A stretch of 30,093 nucleotides of DNA from a virus (taxonomy: Duplodnaviria > Caudoviricetes), in the IMG/VR virus record IMGVR_UViG_3300025141_000506, positions 1 to 30,093 of that record; one strand, 5' to 3'. Under the pieces are notes generated by a model. That model saw only the letters and a program-made list of their open reading frames with translations, ran no database searches and was not told the origin of the DNA. Position 1 is the first letter of the stretch. Each line of letters opens with the position of its first letter. The translations under genes and the position numbers were made by a program. This document shows positions 17,293-25,672 of this stretch, piece after piece.

Positions 17293-17794
17293 AAGACAAA
17301 CCTCCTAAAACTCCCAAGCCAGCCGGGACATTTGATGATGACTTTTGTTTTTCAAAACGAGAACGAATATTTTTGGGATCAAAAACAACAATTTCCCTTG
17401 ATTGGTCAGAGTGAGTAAAAATAACCCCATCATGTCCTTGTTTTTTTAATTCTTGTGTAAATTGATTTGCTGCTGCCTGACCAGCTTCTTTACTTCTAAT
17501 TCCACTGTTTCTGAGCATCGCCCGGTCTTCTTCTGTAGCAAAATAAGGATTCTTTAAATTTGCTTTTAATGGCATTACATTAGGACCAACTGGACCTTTT
17601 TTAATCCATTTCGCATAAATAGATGCCAGCTCAGGATTATCCGTTGTGTAAACGCCTTTACCAAAGTATCCCATGTCCTTACGACCTGGATGATCTATAT
17701 CAAAACGATCTATATCGTGTCGTGTTCCATGATATACGTCATATTGTTTGCTTTTTCTTACAAGCCCAAGTAAAAATCTAAATATTGGATTCAT
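17270..17794 (-). CDS. ADP-ribosyltransferase of the polyvalent-protein type (ART-PolyVal-like)
   Basis: YHGT, G.GVY.T.N...A..YA, GPNVMP....LKNP, G.DGVI and E.VVF.P..I.SRF motifs give an H-Y-E ART-type triad. Confidence 0.75.
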   Translation of the reverse strand: MNPIFRFLLGLVRKSKQYDVYHGTRHDIDRFDIDHPGRKDMGYFGKGVYTTDNPELASIYAKWIKKGPVGPNVMPLKANLKNPYFATEEDRAMLRNSGIRSKEAGQAAANQFTQELKKQGHDGVIFTHSDQSREIVVFDPKNIRSRFEKQKSSSNVPAGLGVLGGLSYVKESGD

Positions 17795-17795
17795 A

Positions 17796-18053
17796 TCACC
17801 AAGCCTTGCACGACCAGTAACGTGCCTTTGTCTTTGGACCGGGATTATCGCAGTTGTGTCTTGCCCTAAAATTTTTTCTGCGACCTTTTTGATTTTTCTT
17901 AATCTTCATATTAGGGTCACCAAACGTCACACGCTTAACACTATCCCCATCCATGACGTAAACCACACTCTTCTTTTTGCCATAGCTGGTTTCACCCTTG
18001 CTAATTCTGCGAGGATTGTTGAGTTTTACTTTCTTACCTTTGTATTCTGCCAT
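17796..18053 (-). CDS. Conserved small basic phage protein
   Basis: 85 aa, V.FGDPNM.IKK....RRK.FRARH.CD......ARYWSC..W motif, widespread in aquatic phages. Confidence 0.75.
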   Translation of the reverse strand: MAEYKGKKVKLNNPRRISKGETSYGKKKSVVYVMDGDSVKRVTFGDPNMKIKKNQKGRRKNFRARHNCDNPGPKTKARYWSCKAW

Positions 18054-18208
18054 TAGCCTTTGTGCACCTTTTGAATTTCAAAACTTGCTCTCCTGCTGGC
18101 CCCCTTGTGCGGTTTGTAACCGCCAGCAGGATTTTTCATTAGTTTATAGCTTTTGCCAGATTTCATCCAATGAAACCCCTCCGGTGCCTCCACTGTTTTT
18201 TTAGCCAT
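18053..18208 (-). CDS. 51-aa basic protein, not in ORF track
   Basis: MAKKTVEAPEGFHWMKSGKSYKLMKNPAGGYKPHKGASRRASFEIQKVHKG. AAGGAG RBS, TAATG coupling to the next gene. Confidence 0.75.
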   Translation of the reverse strand: MAKKTVEAPEGFHWMKSGKSYKLMKNPAGGYKPHKGASRRASFEIQKVHKG

Positions 18209-18210
18209 TA

Positions 18211-19281
18211 TTACTCCTTTTGTCTCATTAATTCAATAAATCGACTAACCTCATCAACCATCTGCTGATCGACTTCTTGTCTAATTTGTGGGGATGACAG
18301 TAAAAATGAATATTGATCAGAGCGAGGCTCACCGCTTTCTCTTAATTTATAAAAATCTCTAAAAACTAATTCATTTGGCACATCAAATCGCAACCCACCT
18401 AAATATTGCCCTTGAGCTTCATAAGGATATGTTCTATGTCTTGATGGATTTATCTGTCCTGAAACGTCAATATCCCCAATAGAACGACCCGATGACAATG
18501 CCCTTGTGGTTAACAAATCAGGATCAGTAATTGCTGCCCTAATTACTCCAATATGAGGAAATCCTTTTTGTTTCCATTTGTCTTTATCCATCTGCTTAAA
18601 AACTTTTGCACGATTTGTCCCGGTCATTTTATCAGCCATATAATCTCTTGCCTTTGGATCTAAGATACCAACCCAGTCTTTATCAACTTCTTTTTTAATA
18701 ATTTTATCAAACTCTTTTGCATCTTTTTTAAAAATTTTGCTTTGAGAAATAACATCAAGAGTAACATCAGACATCATTGTAGAAAAATCACTTGCCCCTC
18801 CCCCCATTGCTGTATAAATAATTTTAGGAGTCTTTCCCTCCTCTGAAATTGCTTGGGCTTTGCGAACTATTGGATTCATTTTATCTTTATGTGATGCCCA
18901 GATCCCTGTGTCAAGAAAACGCATAAATTGATTTCCACCCTCTAAATCCACCGGGTAGCTTAATTTGTAAGGACCAATGCGAGACAGTGCACCAATGTTC
19001 GTTCTATCACCAACAGCAGGGATTAAAACATCACCTTGAAGATCCGAAATATTAATAATTCTTTTAGGGGCAACCTTTGAAGGATCAACAGGGGTTAAAT
19101 CATAATCAATGTTTTCGGGATAATCTGGCATTCTTATCTTAGAAAGCCCTGCCGGATCTAAAATTTCTCTCCTTCTTACCTCAGATGCATCTCTAGGCAA
19201 AGCTCCAGCTCTTTGCCCACGGAGGCGTTCCCCTGCCATTTCAACAAGTAATCTAAGAACACCTAATGTTCCTTTACCCAC
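18211..19281 (-). CDS. Hypothetical protein (possible internal virion/cargo protein)
   Basis: 356 aa, GDRT, L.GG..F, WAS, MG....DFS.M and H.TY....G.YLG motifs recalled from phage proteins. Function unknown. Confidence 0.6.
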   Translation of the reverse strand: MGKGTLGVLRLLVEMAGERLRGQRAGALPRDASEVRRREILDPAGLSKIRMPDYPENIDYDLTPVDPSKVAPKRIINISDLQGDVLIPAVGDRTNIGALSRIGPYKLSYPVDLEGGNQFMRFLDTGIWASHKDKMNPIVRKAQAISEEGKTPKIIYTAMGGGASDFSTMMSDVTLDVISQSKIFKKDAKEFDKIIKKEVDKDWVGILDPKARDYMADKMTGTNRAKVFKQMDKDKWKQKGFPHIGVIRAAITDPDLLTTRALSSGRSIGDIDVSGQINPSRHRTYPYEAQGQYLGGLRFDVPNELVFRDFYKLRESGEPRSDQYSFLLSSPQIRQEVDQQMVDEVSRFIELMRQKE

Positions 19282-19405
19282 GATTTTTGCCTTTGTAGCC
19301 AGAAGCGTAAACAGCTCGACCCTGCTTCTCAGCCTCTTTTCGGGTCTTATAAATCTTTCCAGATTTGCCCCATCGATAACCGTTTTTGACTTTGTAGGCT
19401 GGCAT
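19274..19405 (-). CDS. 43-aa basic protein, not in ORF track
   Basis: MPAYKVKNGYRWGKSGKIYKTRKEAEKQGRAVYASGYKGKNRG. TAATG coupling upstream, overlaps the next start. Confidence 0.75.
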   Translation of the reverse strand: MPAYKVKNGYRWGKSGKIYKTRKEAEKQGRAVYASGYKGKNRG

Positions 19406-20793
19406 TATTGTTCCTGACTATTAGGGGCAGCATAACCAGAGGCATAAGGACCAGCGTTTTCATCCATTAAAAATGGGAGAGCACCAATACCTCCAACCGA
19501 AAACATTAATTCTGGAAACGCTTTTCGTTTTGCAAGATCATTTCCTGCACCTCTTGGCATTTTTTTTATTTTTTTAATTCCTCTGTTTTTTAATAACTCG
19601 ACAATTTCATCACTTGTATCTTCTGGAACAATTGCACCAGGGAACTCTGAGAAGTCAACCGCCCTTGTTGGTTTGCCCTCAAAATAGCCAACCGGAGCTT
19701 TTTTCAAATTGTTAAGAAACGTGACCATTTCATCAATGTCATCATCTGTAATGTTGTACGCCTCATAATACTCTTTTTTGCTTAAACGCCTCATAGCGTC
19801 TTTTAAGTTGCCACCCTGTTGAACAGCGTCAAACATAAAATCGGCTACATTGTCCATGCTTCCAAATCTGTTGTTTTCTGACTGCCTTTCAGCTATTTTT
19901 ATTAACTGATCCAAATAACGATCCTTAAATTCATCTTTTATTGTGCCAACATCTTGTATTTCGGCTCGTCTGTTTTTCATTTCATCAAAGTTTTTAAATC
20001 TCTCAGTTAAAGCAGCCTTTAATCGACCAACGCCCTTTGAACCCATTCCATGCTCACCTCCGACCTGTGGCATCCTTTTCATCACATTCGCCACCGCATC
20101 TAACTCGTATGGTTTCACTTTATAGCGATTACGCTCCAAACGATCCATTTGTCGATAAATGGCTTCTGATTCACTGGGCGATGCTGTTTCGAGTCGTTTG
20201 TTTAACATTTCCATATTTCGCTCGTAAGTGGGATTCTCATACTTAAAATATCTTGTCTCGCCAAATAAATCATCCATCTCATCTCTTAAAGATTTTCCAC
20301 TTTCTTTAAACGTCTTTGACTTCAATAAAAAGCGTTTTACATCGTCTTCTAAACCACTATGTGCCTTTGACTTTGTTGCTTTGTTTTCTAATTCATTCCC
20401 CAAATAATTTGAATCTTCATGCCCATATCGATCTTGAAATTTTTTCCATGCGTCTTTTTTTGGGATTCTATAACTTTGTGGTGATCTTGGCGTGTAAGCG
20501 TCCGAACTGTAAAATAAATTGTGTCTTATTTTTGGATCAAATCGTTTTGGATCGCCTATTAATGTAATCTCGCCAAAGGAAGGAAACGGAACGCCTTCCC
20601 GAACAACCGCCAAACTTGGCGAAGCAAAACCACCTAAATAATCCGCATCTCGTAATTTGCTTTCCGTTGTGTTATGAAGAATAAGCATATCTTTTTTCTC
20701 TGGCAACGCACCAAGATTTTCTTTTTTTAAATTAGCTAAAGAGCCTAAGTCTTTTGGAAGAGCACCTTTTATTAATTTGGTAATTTTAGCCAA
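19405..20793 (-). CDS. Polyvalent-protein-associated domain protein
   Basis: 462 aa. LHN, GG...PSLAV, FG.I.L, DAYTP..P and YFE.KP.RAV...EF..A.VP motifs recalled from large phage/plasmid polyvalent proteins. Confidence 0.55.
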   Translation of the reverse strand: MAKITKLIKGALPKDLGSLANLKKENLGALPEKKDMLILHNTTESKLRDADYLGGFASPSLAVVREGVPFPSFGEITLIGDPKRFDPKIRHNLFYSSDAYTPRSPQSYRIPKKDAWKKFQDRYGHEDSNYLGNELENKATKSKAHSGLEDDVKRFLLKSKTFKESGKSLRDEMDDLFGETRYFKYENPTYERNMEMLNKRLETASPSESEAIYRQMDRLERNRYKVKPYELDAVANVMKRMPQVGGEHGMGSKGVGRLKAALTERFKNFDEMKNRRAEIQDVGTIKDEFKDRYLDQLIKIAERQSENNRFGSMDNVADFMFDAVQQGGNLKDAMRRLSKKEYYEAYNITDDDIDEMVTFLNNLKKAPVGYFEGKPTRAVDFSEFPGAIVPEDTSDEIVELLKNRGIKKIKKMPRGAGNDLAKRKAFPELMFSVGGIGALPFLMDENAGPYASGYAAPNSQEQ

Positions 20794-20796
20794 TAC

Positions 20797-21078
20797 TTAC
20801 TCCACAAGCCTTAATGGGTCATGACCTAAAAGATTATCCATCATCTCACGAGCATCTTTGTTTCCCATCTTGATAACTTTGACTTCACCATGAGGCTCTT
20901 CATCCATCATCATCTCTTCGTCATCTTCAAATCCCAACATCTCGTGGTTACAAAGCAACATAAAATTAACGAGCTGACCATCGGTCATTTCAAGTCCTTG
21001 ACTGTTATGGGCGAATCCCATCTTGTTTTCAAAATCACTTGCTAAAACATCAATATTTTCTACATCAATACTAGCCAT
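20797..21078 (-). CDS. Small acidic hypothetical protein
   Basis: 93 aa, Asp/Glu/Met-rich, AAGGAG RBS. Confidence 0.6.
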   Translation of the reverse strand: MASIDVENIDVLASDFENKMGFAHNSQGLEMTDGQLVNFMLLCNHEMLGFEDDEEMMMDEEPHGEVKVIKMGNKDAREMMDNLLGHDPLRLVE

Positions 21079-21079
21079 T

Positions 21080-21553
21080 TTATTCTCCTTGATTAGTAAA
21101 AGAACCTTGAGGATATAATTGAGGCATTCTTTCTATTAAAAAATCGCTATACATTTGCAACTCTTTATTACTTAACGCCCCTCCATCAGATTTAAGTTGT
21201 TTCATTCGATTAAAAATTTGAGGTGATTCTTTTCCAGTAACATTTTTAATTATTTCTTGAATCGCATTTAAAAGCGAAAAACTGTCTACTTGTTGCGAAT
21301 CAAGCATATCAGCCATATCAGCCATAGACATGGATGGTTTTAAGCCGTCCATTTTGTTTAGAGGCGGTGAGGCTTGACCCAATTCCTGAGGAGAAACATA
21401 GCCAGAGGCATAAGGTCCAACTTTTCTTTTATCAAAATCCAACTTTTCTTTTATCAAAATATCTGAAAGTGACTTCCACTTCTCACGTTCTTTATCAGAC
21501 ATTGACCCTGATCCTTGTAAAACTTTATCCATTAACTCGCTATAATCTGACAT
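21080..21553 (-). CDS. Hypothetical protein carrying the KVGPYASGYVS motif
   Basis: 157 aa, AGGAG RBS, shares a 29-bp identical segment with the 883-aa gene. Confidence 0.6.
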   Translation of the reverse strand: MSDYSELMDKVLQGSGSMSDKEREKWKSLSDILIKEKLDFDKRKVGPYASGYVSPQELGQASPPLNKMDGLKPSMSMADMADMLDSQQVDSFSLLNAIQEIIKNVTGKESPQIFNRMKQLKSDGGALSNKELQMYSDFLIERMPQLYPQGSFTNQGE

Positions 21554-21554
21554 T

Positions 21555-21749
21555 TTATTCTCCTAAGTTTCTTAATAAATTAGTGAAAGCACCAAGGTTT
21601 CCTCCCTCGGCACCCATCCTGCGTTTTATCTCATCAACTTTTCTCAACAGATAGTCTGACATTTCAATATCCATCGGCTGGGCTGGTGCTGGCATTGGAG
21701 GTTGATTCCCAGAAAATGCTGCCGGATTAATTGGTGGGAGGTTGTACAT
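21555..21749 (-). CDS. Small Pro-rich protein downstream of the portal gene
   Basis: 64 aa, GGAGG RBS inside the portal 3' end. Confidence 0.6.
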   Translation of the reverse strand: MYNLPPINPAAFSGNQPPMPAPAQPMDIEMSDYLLRKVDEIKRRMGAEGGNLGAFTNLLRNLGE

Positions 21750-24171
21750 TTTTCATCGCCTCCATTTGAATTTTTGCAGCGTTCTTTTCACGCTCCAATT
21801 GTAAATCAGCTTCCAACTTTCTAACCTTTGCCTCAAGGTCAGCTCGTGCCTTGGCTGCGTCTATTTCCATGTCCTGACGAGCCTCAGCTTGTTTAATCTG
21901 AATGTCGGACTGTGCTTTAGCTTGGTCGGCAGCGATTTCAGCTTGTGTTCGTTGTTGTAATGCTTGAGCTTCAAGTTCGGCAAGTTGCTGTGCGTATTCA
22001 AGTGGATTCCCCTGTTGTTGACCTCCCATATCAGCAATCCCAGCAATGGCTTGCATCTGAGGTGCCTGTTGAACTACTTGTGCAGCTCTCTGGCTAATTA
22101 GCATATCTGCCTCTGGGTCAATGTCCTCAAACTTAAATTGTGGATCACGCAGATTTGGAATGTTCGGCAATGGCATTGCAATGCTTGCCTCCATCCTCTG
22201 GCGATACAGCAACGCAATATGTTCAGCAATGTGAGCCGTCAATATTGGTCCCATTGTCTGTTGGGCAACAGGATTGCCAGCCAGCGATGGATCTTGCATA
22301 AACTGCATATGAACCGAGATGTGTGCCTGGTGATCTTGCTCAGGGAACGCTCGGATCGCTTTGCCATACATAACTGACATGTTTTCATCAATCGGGTCAA
22401 GCCTCACCGCCTCATCCGGCTCCTTTAAAACCTCTTCAATGTTCGGTATTCGGATTGCCTCGTACATACGTTTGTAAGCATTGTATCGGTCGTGTAGTTC
22501 GGGAGCACTATTTGCCATCTCAAGAATCGCCTGTGCTTGGGCAATACGCTGGGCTGTGCTAAATATGTTCGGGTCGCTGACCGGGACAATATCAATGCGT
22601 TCATTAAAATCAGCAGCGTAAACCATTGCATTACTTCCAGCTACACTAAATTGAAATTCTTCCGGCAAATACTCAGCATTTAAAGCTGACAGTAGTTTGA
22701 ACTCCTCACCCTGCGAGTGATGGAGCCGTTTATGAATCGCACTAAAACTTTTGCTGCCCTGCTCTATCAAGGCAACTGTAGAACCAACCGGGGCATTGGG
22801 ATTGACATCACCAACATTTAAATCTGCGGTGGCTGCAAATCTTTGCCCAGCCTCAACAATAAACCCTAGCAATTGAAATAACGTGCCACTCGGCTCCTTA
22901 AATGGCAGTGGCATAATGCTCTTGTTGATGTCATCCACTGTCGCATCCAGATCCACAAATTCACCGGGGTTAACTTCAATATCTCCACCGGACACCCTGC
23001 CCTTGAGTTTAAAGCCACCTTGCATATTGGCAAAAGATGCAGAGTCAAGTAAAGCTCTCAAAGAGCCAGTTGCAGCCTTGCCCAAACCACCGATCAGGTG
23101 ATACAACCCAAAACCGTAAAACCCTATTCCTGGAAGAAATTTATAGCTGACAAACCAGTTCCTTCTTTCCTTTAGCTCATCATCCTCGTGCCAATTCCTT
23201 CTAACGCTTACAATTTTCTCTGAATCAAAATCTATCGTAACAACATAAGGCAACGCCACCTCATCGTCATCCTGATCCTGATCTTCTTCTTCCAATGGCT
23301 GATAAACGTGCATCTCCAGCAAAGTCATTATTTTGTCATTCGATCCCTCACTGAATCGATCCACGCCCTCAATTTCACCCACAGTATCATCACTGCTTCT
23401 TTCAGCATCTGAATCAGTTTTTGCTGAAAGGTAATAACCGCTTTGAACATATTTGTTATACTCATTTTTTGGCATCCTTATAACGTGAGTGTATCGAGTT
23501 GAAGTTCGTAAGTCATTGCTCTCTGGCGAAACAACAAAATCTTCTGCCCTCACAAACATGGATCTCTGACGCTGTAGCGTGGCATCCCACCATATTTTTT
23601 TGAATGTATGCCCAATCAATGGAAGTTGAAAAAGCATCTGATCTAGGTCAGGAAAATATTCCGGCATCTCCTGGGTAATTTGAAAATTCATAAATTCACG
23701 AACTCTTCGAGCCTGATCCTCCATCTCCTCATTTGGTTCGCCAATGATAACGGTCTTGACCGGGCCACCCGAAGGATAAAGCTCGGTAATTGCACGAGCG
23801 TTGAACTGGGTTGCAGCCTCAGCAATCATTGGGTGAATAACAGTGCTCAATCCTCGGCTGGCTCGTTCTTCTTCACCTTCTTCCAGACCACCTTCGACAT
23901 CCAGAGTTTTTAAGCCTTGCTTATATCGATTCTCCCACTCTGACCTTGCCCCCCTGTCATTATTGTAGTAGCCAATCAATTCGCTACCAACACGATCCAA
24001 CAACCGTTGATCAAGAGTCTCTGCTAAATTGTCATCAAACGCAGATTCTGTGTCTGGTGGCAGATCGGAATCTGGATCTCCAATCAAAACTTCATCTCCA
24101 ATAAACTCAACTTGCAAATCATCAGATGGTGCTCCCTCAGCAAAGGGAATAATATTGTCAGCTTCAGCCAT
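21727..24171 (-). CDS. Portal protein (P22-like, with C-terminal coiled-coil barrel)
   Basis: 814 aa. HP..AEAA.QF.A....EL.P..GPVKT, FKK.W.D, Y.FLPG.GFYG.GL.H.IG, LPFKEPS.TL and PVSDPN motifs, Gln/Ala-rich C-terminal helix, follows terL. Confidence 0.9.
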   Translation of the reverse strand: MAEADNIIPFAEGAPSDDLQVEFIGDEVLIGDPDSDLPPDTESAFDDNLAETLDQRLLDRVGSELIGYYNNDRGARSEWENRYKQGLKTLDVEGGLEEGEEERASRGLSTVIHPMIAEAATQFNARAITELYPSGGPVKTVIIGEPNEEMEDQARRVREFMNFQITQEMPEYFPDLDQMLFQLPLIGHTFKKIWWDATLQRQRSMFVRAEDFVVSPESNDLRTSTRYTHVIRMPKNEYNKYVQSGYYLSAKTDSDAERSSDDTVGEIEGVDRFSEGSNDKIMTLLEMHVYQPLEEEDQDQDDDEVALPYVVTIDFDSEKIVSVRRNWHEDDELKERRNWFVSYKFLPGIGFYGFGLYHLIGGLGKAATGSLRALLDSASFANMQGGFKLKGRVSGGDIEVNPGEFVDLDATVDDINKSIMPLPFKEPSGTLFQLLGFIVEAGQRFAATADLNVGDVNPNAPVGSTVALIEQGSKSFSAIHKRLHHSQGEEFKLLSALNAEYLPEEFQFSVAGSNAMVYAADFNERIDIVPVSDPNIFSTAQRIAQAQAILEMANSAPELHDRYNAYKRMYEAIRIPNIEEVLKEPDEAVRLDPIDENMSVMYGKAIRAFPEQDHQAHISVHMQFMQDPSLAGNPVAQQTMGPILTAHIAEHIALLYRQRMEASIAMPLPNIPNLRDPQFKFEDIDPEADMLISQRAAQVVQQAPQMQAIAGIADMGGQQQGNPLEYAQQLAELEAQALQQRTQAEIAADQAKAQSDIQIKQAEARQDMEIDAAKARADLEAKVRKLEADLQLEREKNAAKIQMEAMKNVQPPTN

Positions 24172-25672
24172 AAACCGTCATCCTTTTTTTGGGCAAATCC
24201 ATTTCATCATCATAATCCAAAGTATGGGTAACAAACCAGCCTTTTCTCAGCCTCAACCATGCTTGTGTGCAGGTATCGACAATATCGTCATTATCCCCTG
24301 CAGGAAATGCAGCACAAATATCTATCAGGTCTTTAGCCCATTTCCGGCTGGAAGGATAAAAAATCCTACCATCCTCCAGTAATGCAGAGCTGGCATGGGC
24401 ACGAGCTTGCTTATCCCGATCCGGTAAATATTCTAACACCGGAACTCCGGCAATGCGTAAATCTTGCAATAAACTTTGACCACTCGCTTTTTTCTCAATC
24501 AGAACTGCGTCTGGTTGATACTCCTCGTAACTGTCCTGTGCGAGCTTTCTCAGCTCTGGGTAGGTGACTCGGTCATACCACATCTCTAACACTATTGCAT
24601 TCATCTGGCCCTTGTGCCGAAACACTCCCCAGGTGGTCCTTGCAGAATAAGAAGTTTTTTCTTTGGTGCCAAACGCTGTATCCCAGCTCTGGAGAACATA
24701 TTCAATCTCCGGCAGATGCTCATTTTCCCACGGCACCCACCACTCTTTTTTCAATATGCCACCGCCCTTGGGCATTGGACGCTGTTGAAGCTGTCCTGCT
24801 GAAGCATAAGTGCCCAGACTTTTTTCTAAAACACTCATGGTTTTATCGTCAACTCTCTCTGGCCAAAGCAACTCGCCTTCTTCAGTCCGAGGATCAGTAA
24901 AAAATAAACTTGAGCGAGTAGGAGTCGGATGACCGATCTCGTATCTGGCTGGAAGGCAGAGATGATCCCATTCACCCTCTAGATCATTAGCGAGTATGTG
25001 CCCAGTAAGGTCTTGTTCATGCACTCGTTGCATTATCAGTACAAAGGATCCAGTCTTCGGGTCATTAAGACGAGTTTGCATGGCTTGATCCCACCACTCG
25101 AGAACACCTTCACGAACAACACTCGACTCTGCCTCTCTAACATTGTGCGGATCATCAATGACAATGATGTCTCCACCCTCTCCAGTCAATGCTCCGTCCA
25201 CTGACGTTGCTATTCGGTAACCAGTCCGGCTGTTCTCAAACCGTTGCTTCTGATTCTGATCAGTGGTCAACTCAAACATATCCCCAAAATGTGTTTTATA
25301 CCAAGGGGAATCTATCAACCTTCTGCATTTAACCGAGTCTCTAATCGACAGGCTGGAGGCGTAGCTGGCAAACAGGAACCGTTTCTGGGGTTGGATAGCC
25401 CAAGTCCATGCAGGAAGTGCCACCGCCACTGAAATTGATTTCATGTGCCTTGGTGGAATGTTTATGATCAGTCTGCGGATCTTCCCCTCGACCACCGCCT
25501 GTAGGTGGTCAGAGATTGCATCGATATGCCAATTGTCGTGAAAATCTCTACCGGGTTCTATCGTCTGCCAAGAGTTCCTGATGAACTCCTTCAGCGACCT
25601 CCGCATCTTCTCCGCTCGGATCTCCGTCAATGACAGCGTGTTCAAGAACTCGCTCAACTGTTGAGAGGTCAT
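24164..25672 (-). CDS. terL: Terminase large subunit
   Basis: LIINIPPRHMKS Walker A, IIVIDDPH Walker B, IMQR.H, QSWDTAF, IEKKASGQSL.Q and FP...HD/NDD.VD nuclease motifs. Confidence 0.95.
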   Translation of the reverse strand: MTSQQLSEFLNTLSLTEIRAEKMRRSLKEFIRNSWQTIEPGRDFHDNWHIDAISDHLQAVVEGKIRRLIINIPPRHMKSISVAVALPAWTWAIQPQKRFLFASYASSLSIRDSVKCRRLIDSPWYKTHFGDMFELTTDQNQKQRFENSRTGYRIATSVDGALTGEGGDIIVIDDPHNVREAESSVVREGVLEWWDQAMQTRLNDPKTGSFVLIMQRVHEQDLTGHILANDLEGEWDHLCLPARYEIGHPTPTRSSLFFTDPRTEEGELLWPERVDDKTMSVLEKSLGTYASAGQLQQRPMPKGGGILKKEWWVPWENEHLPEIEYVLQSWDTAFGTKEKTSYSARTTWGVFRHKGQMNAIVLEMWYDRVTYPELRKLAQDSYEEYQPDAVLIEKKASGQSLLQDLRIAGVPVLEYLPDRDKQARAHASSALLEDGRIFYPSSRKWAKDLIDICAAFPAGDNDDIVDTCTQAWLRLRKGWFVTHTLDYDDEMDLPKKRMTVYG

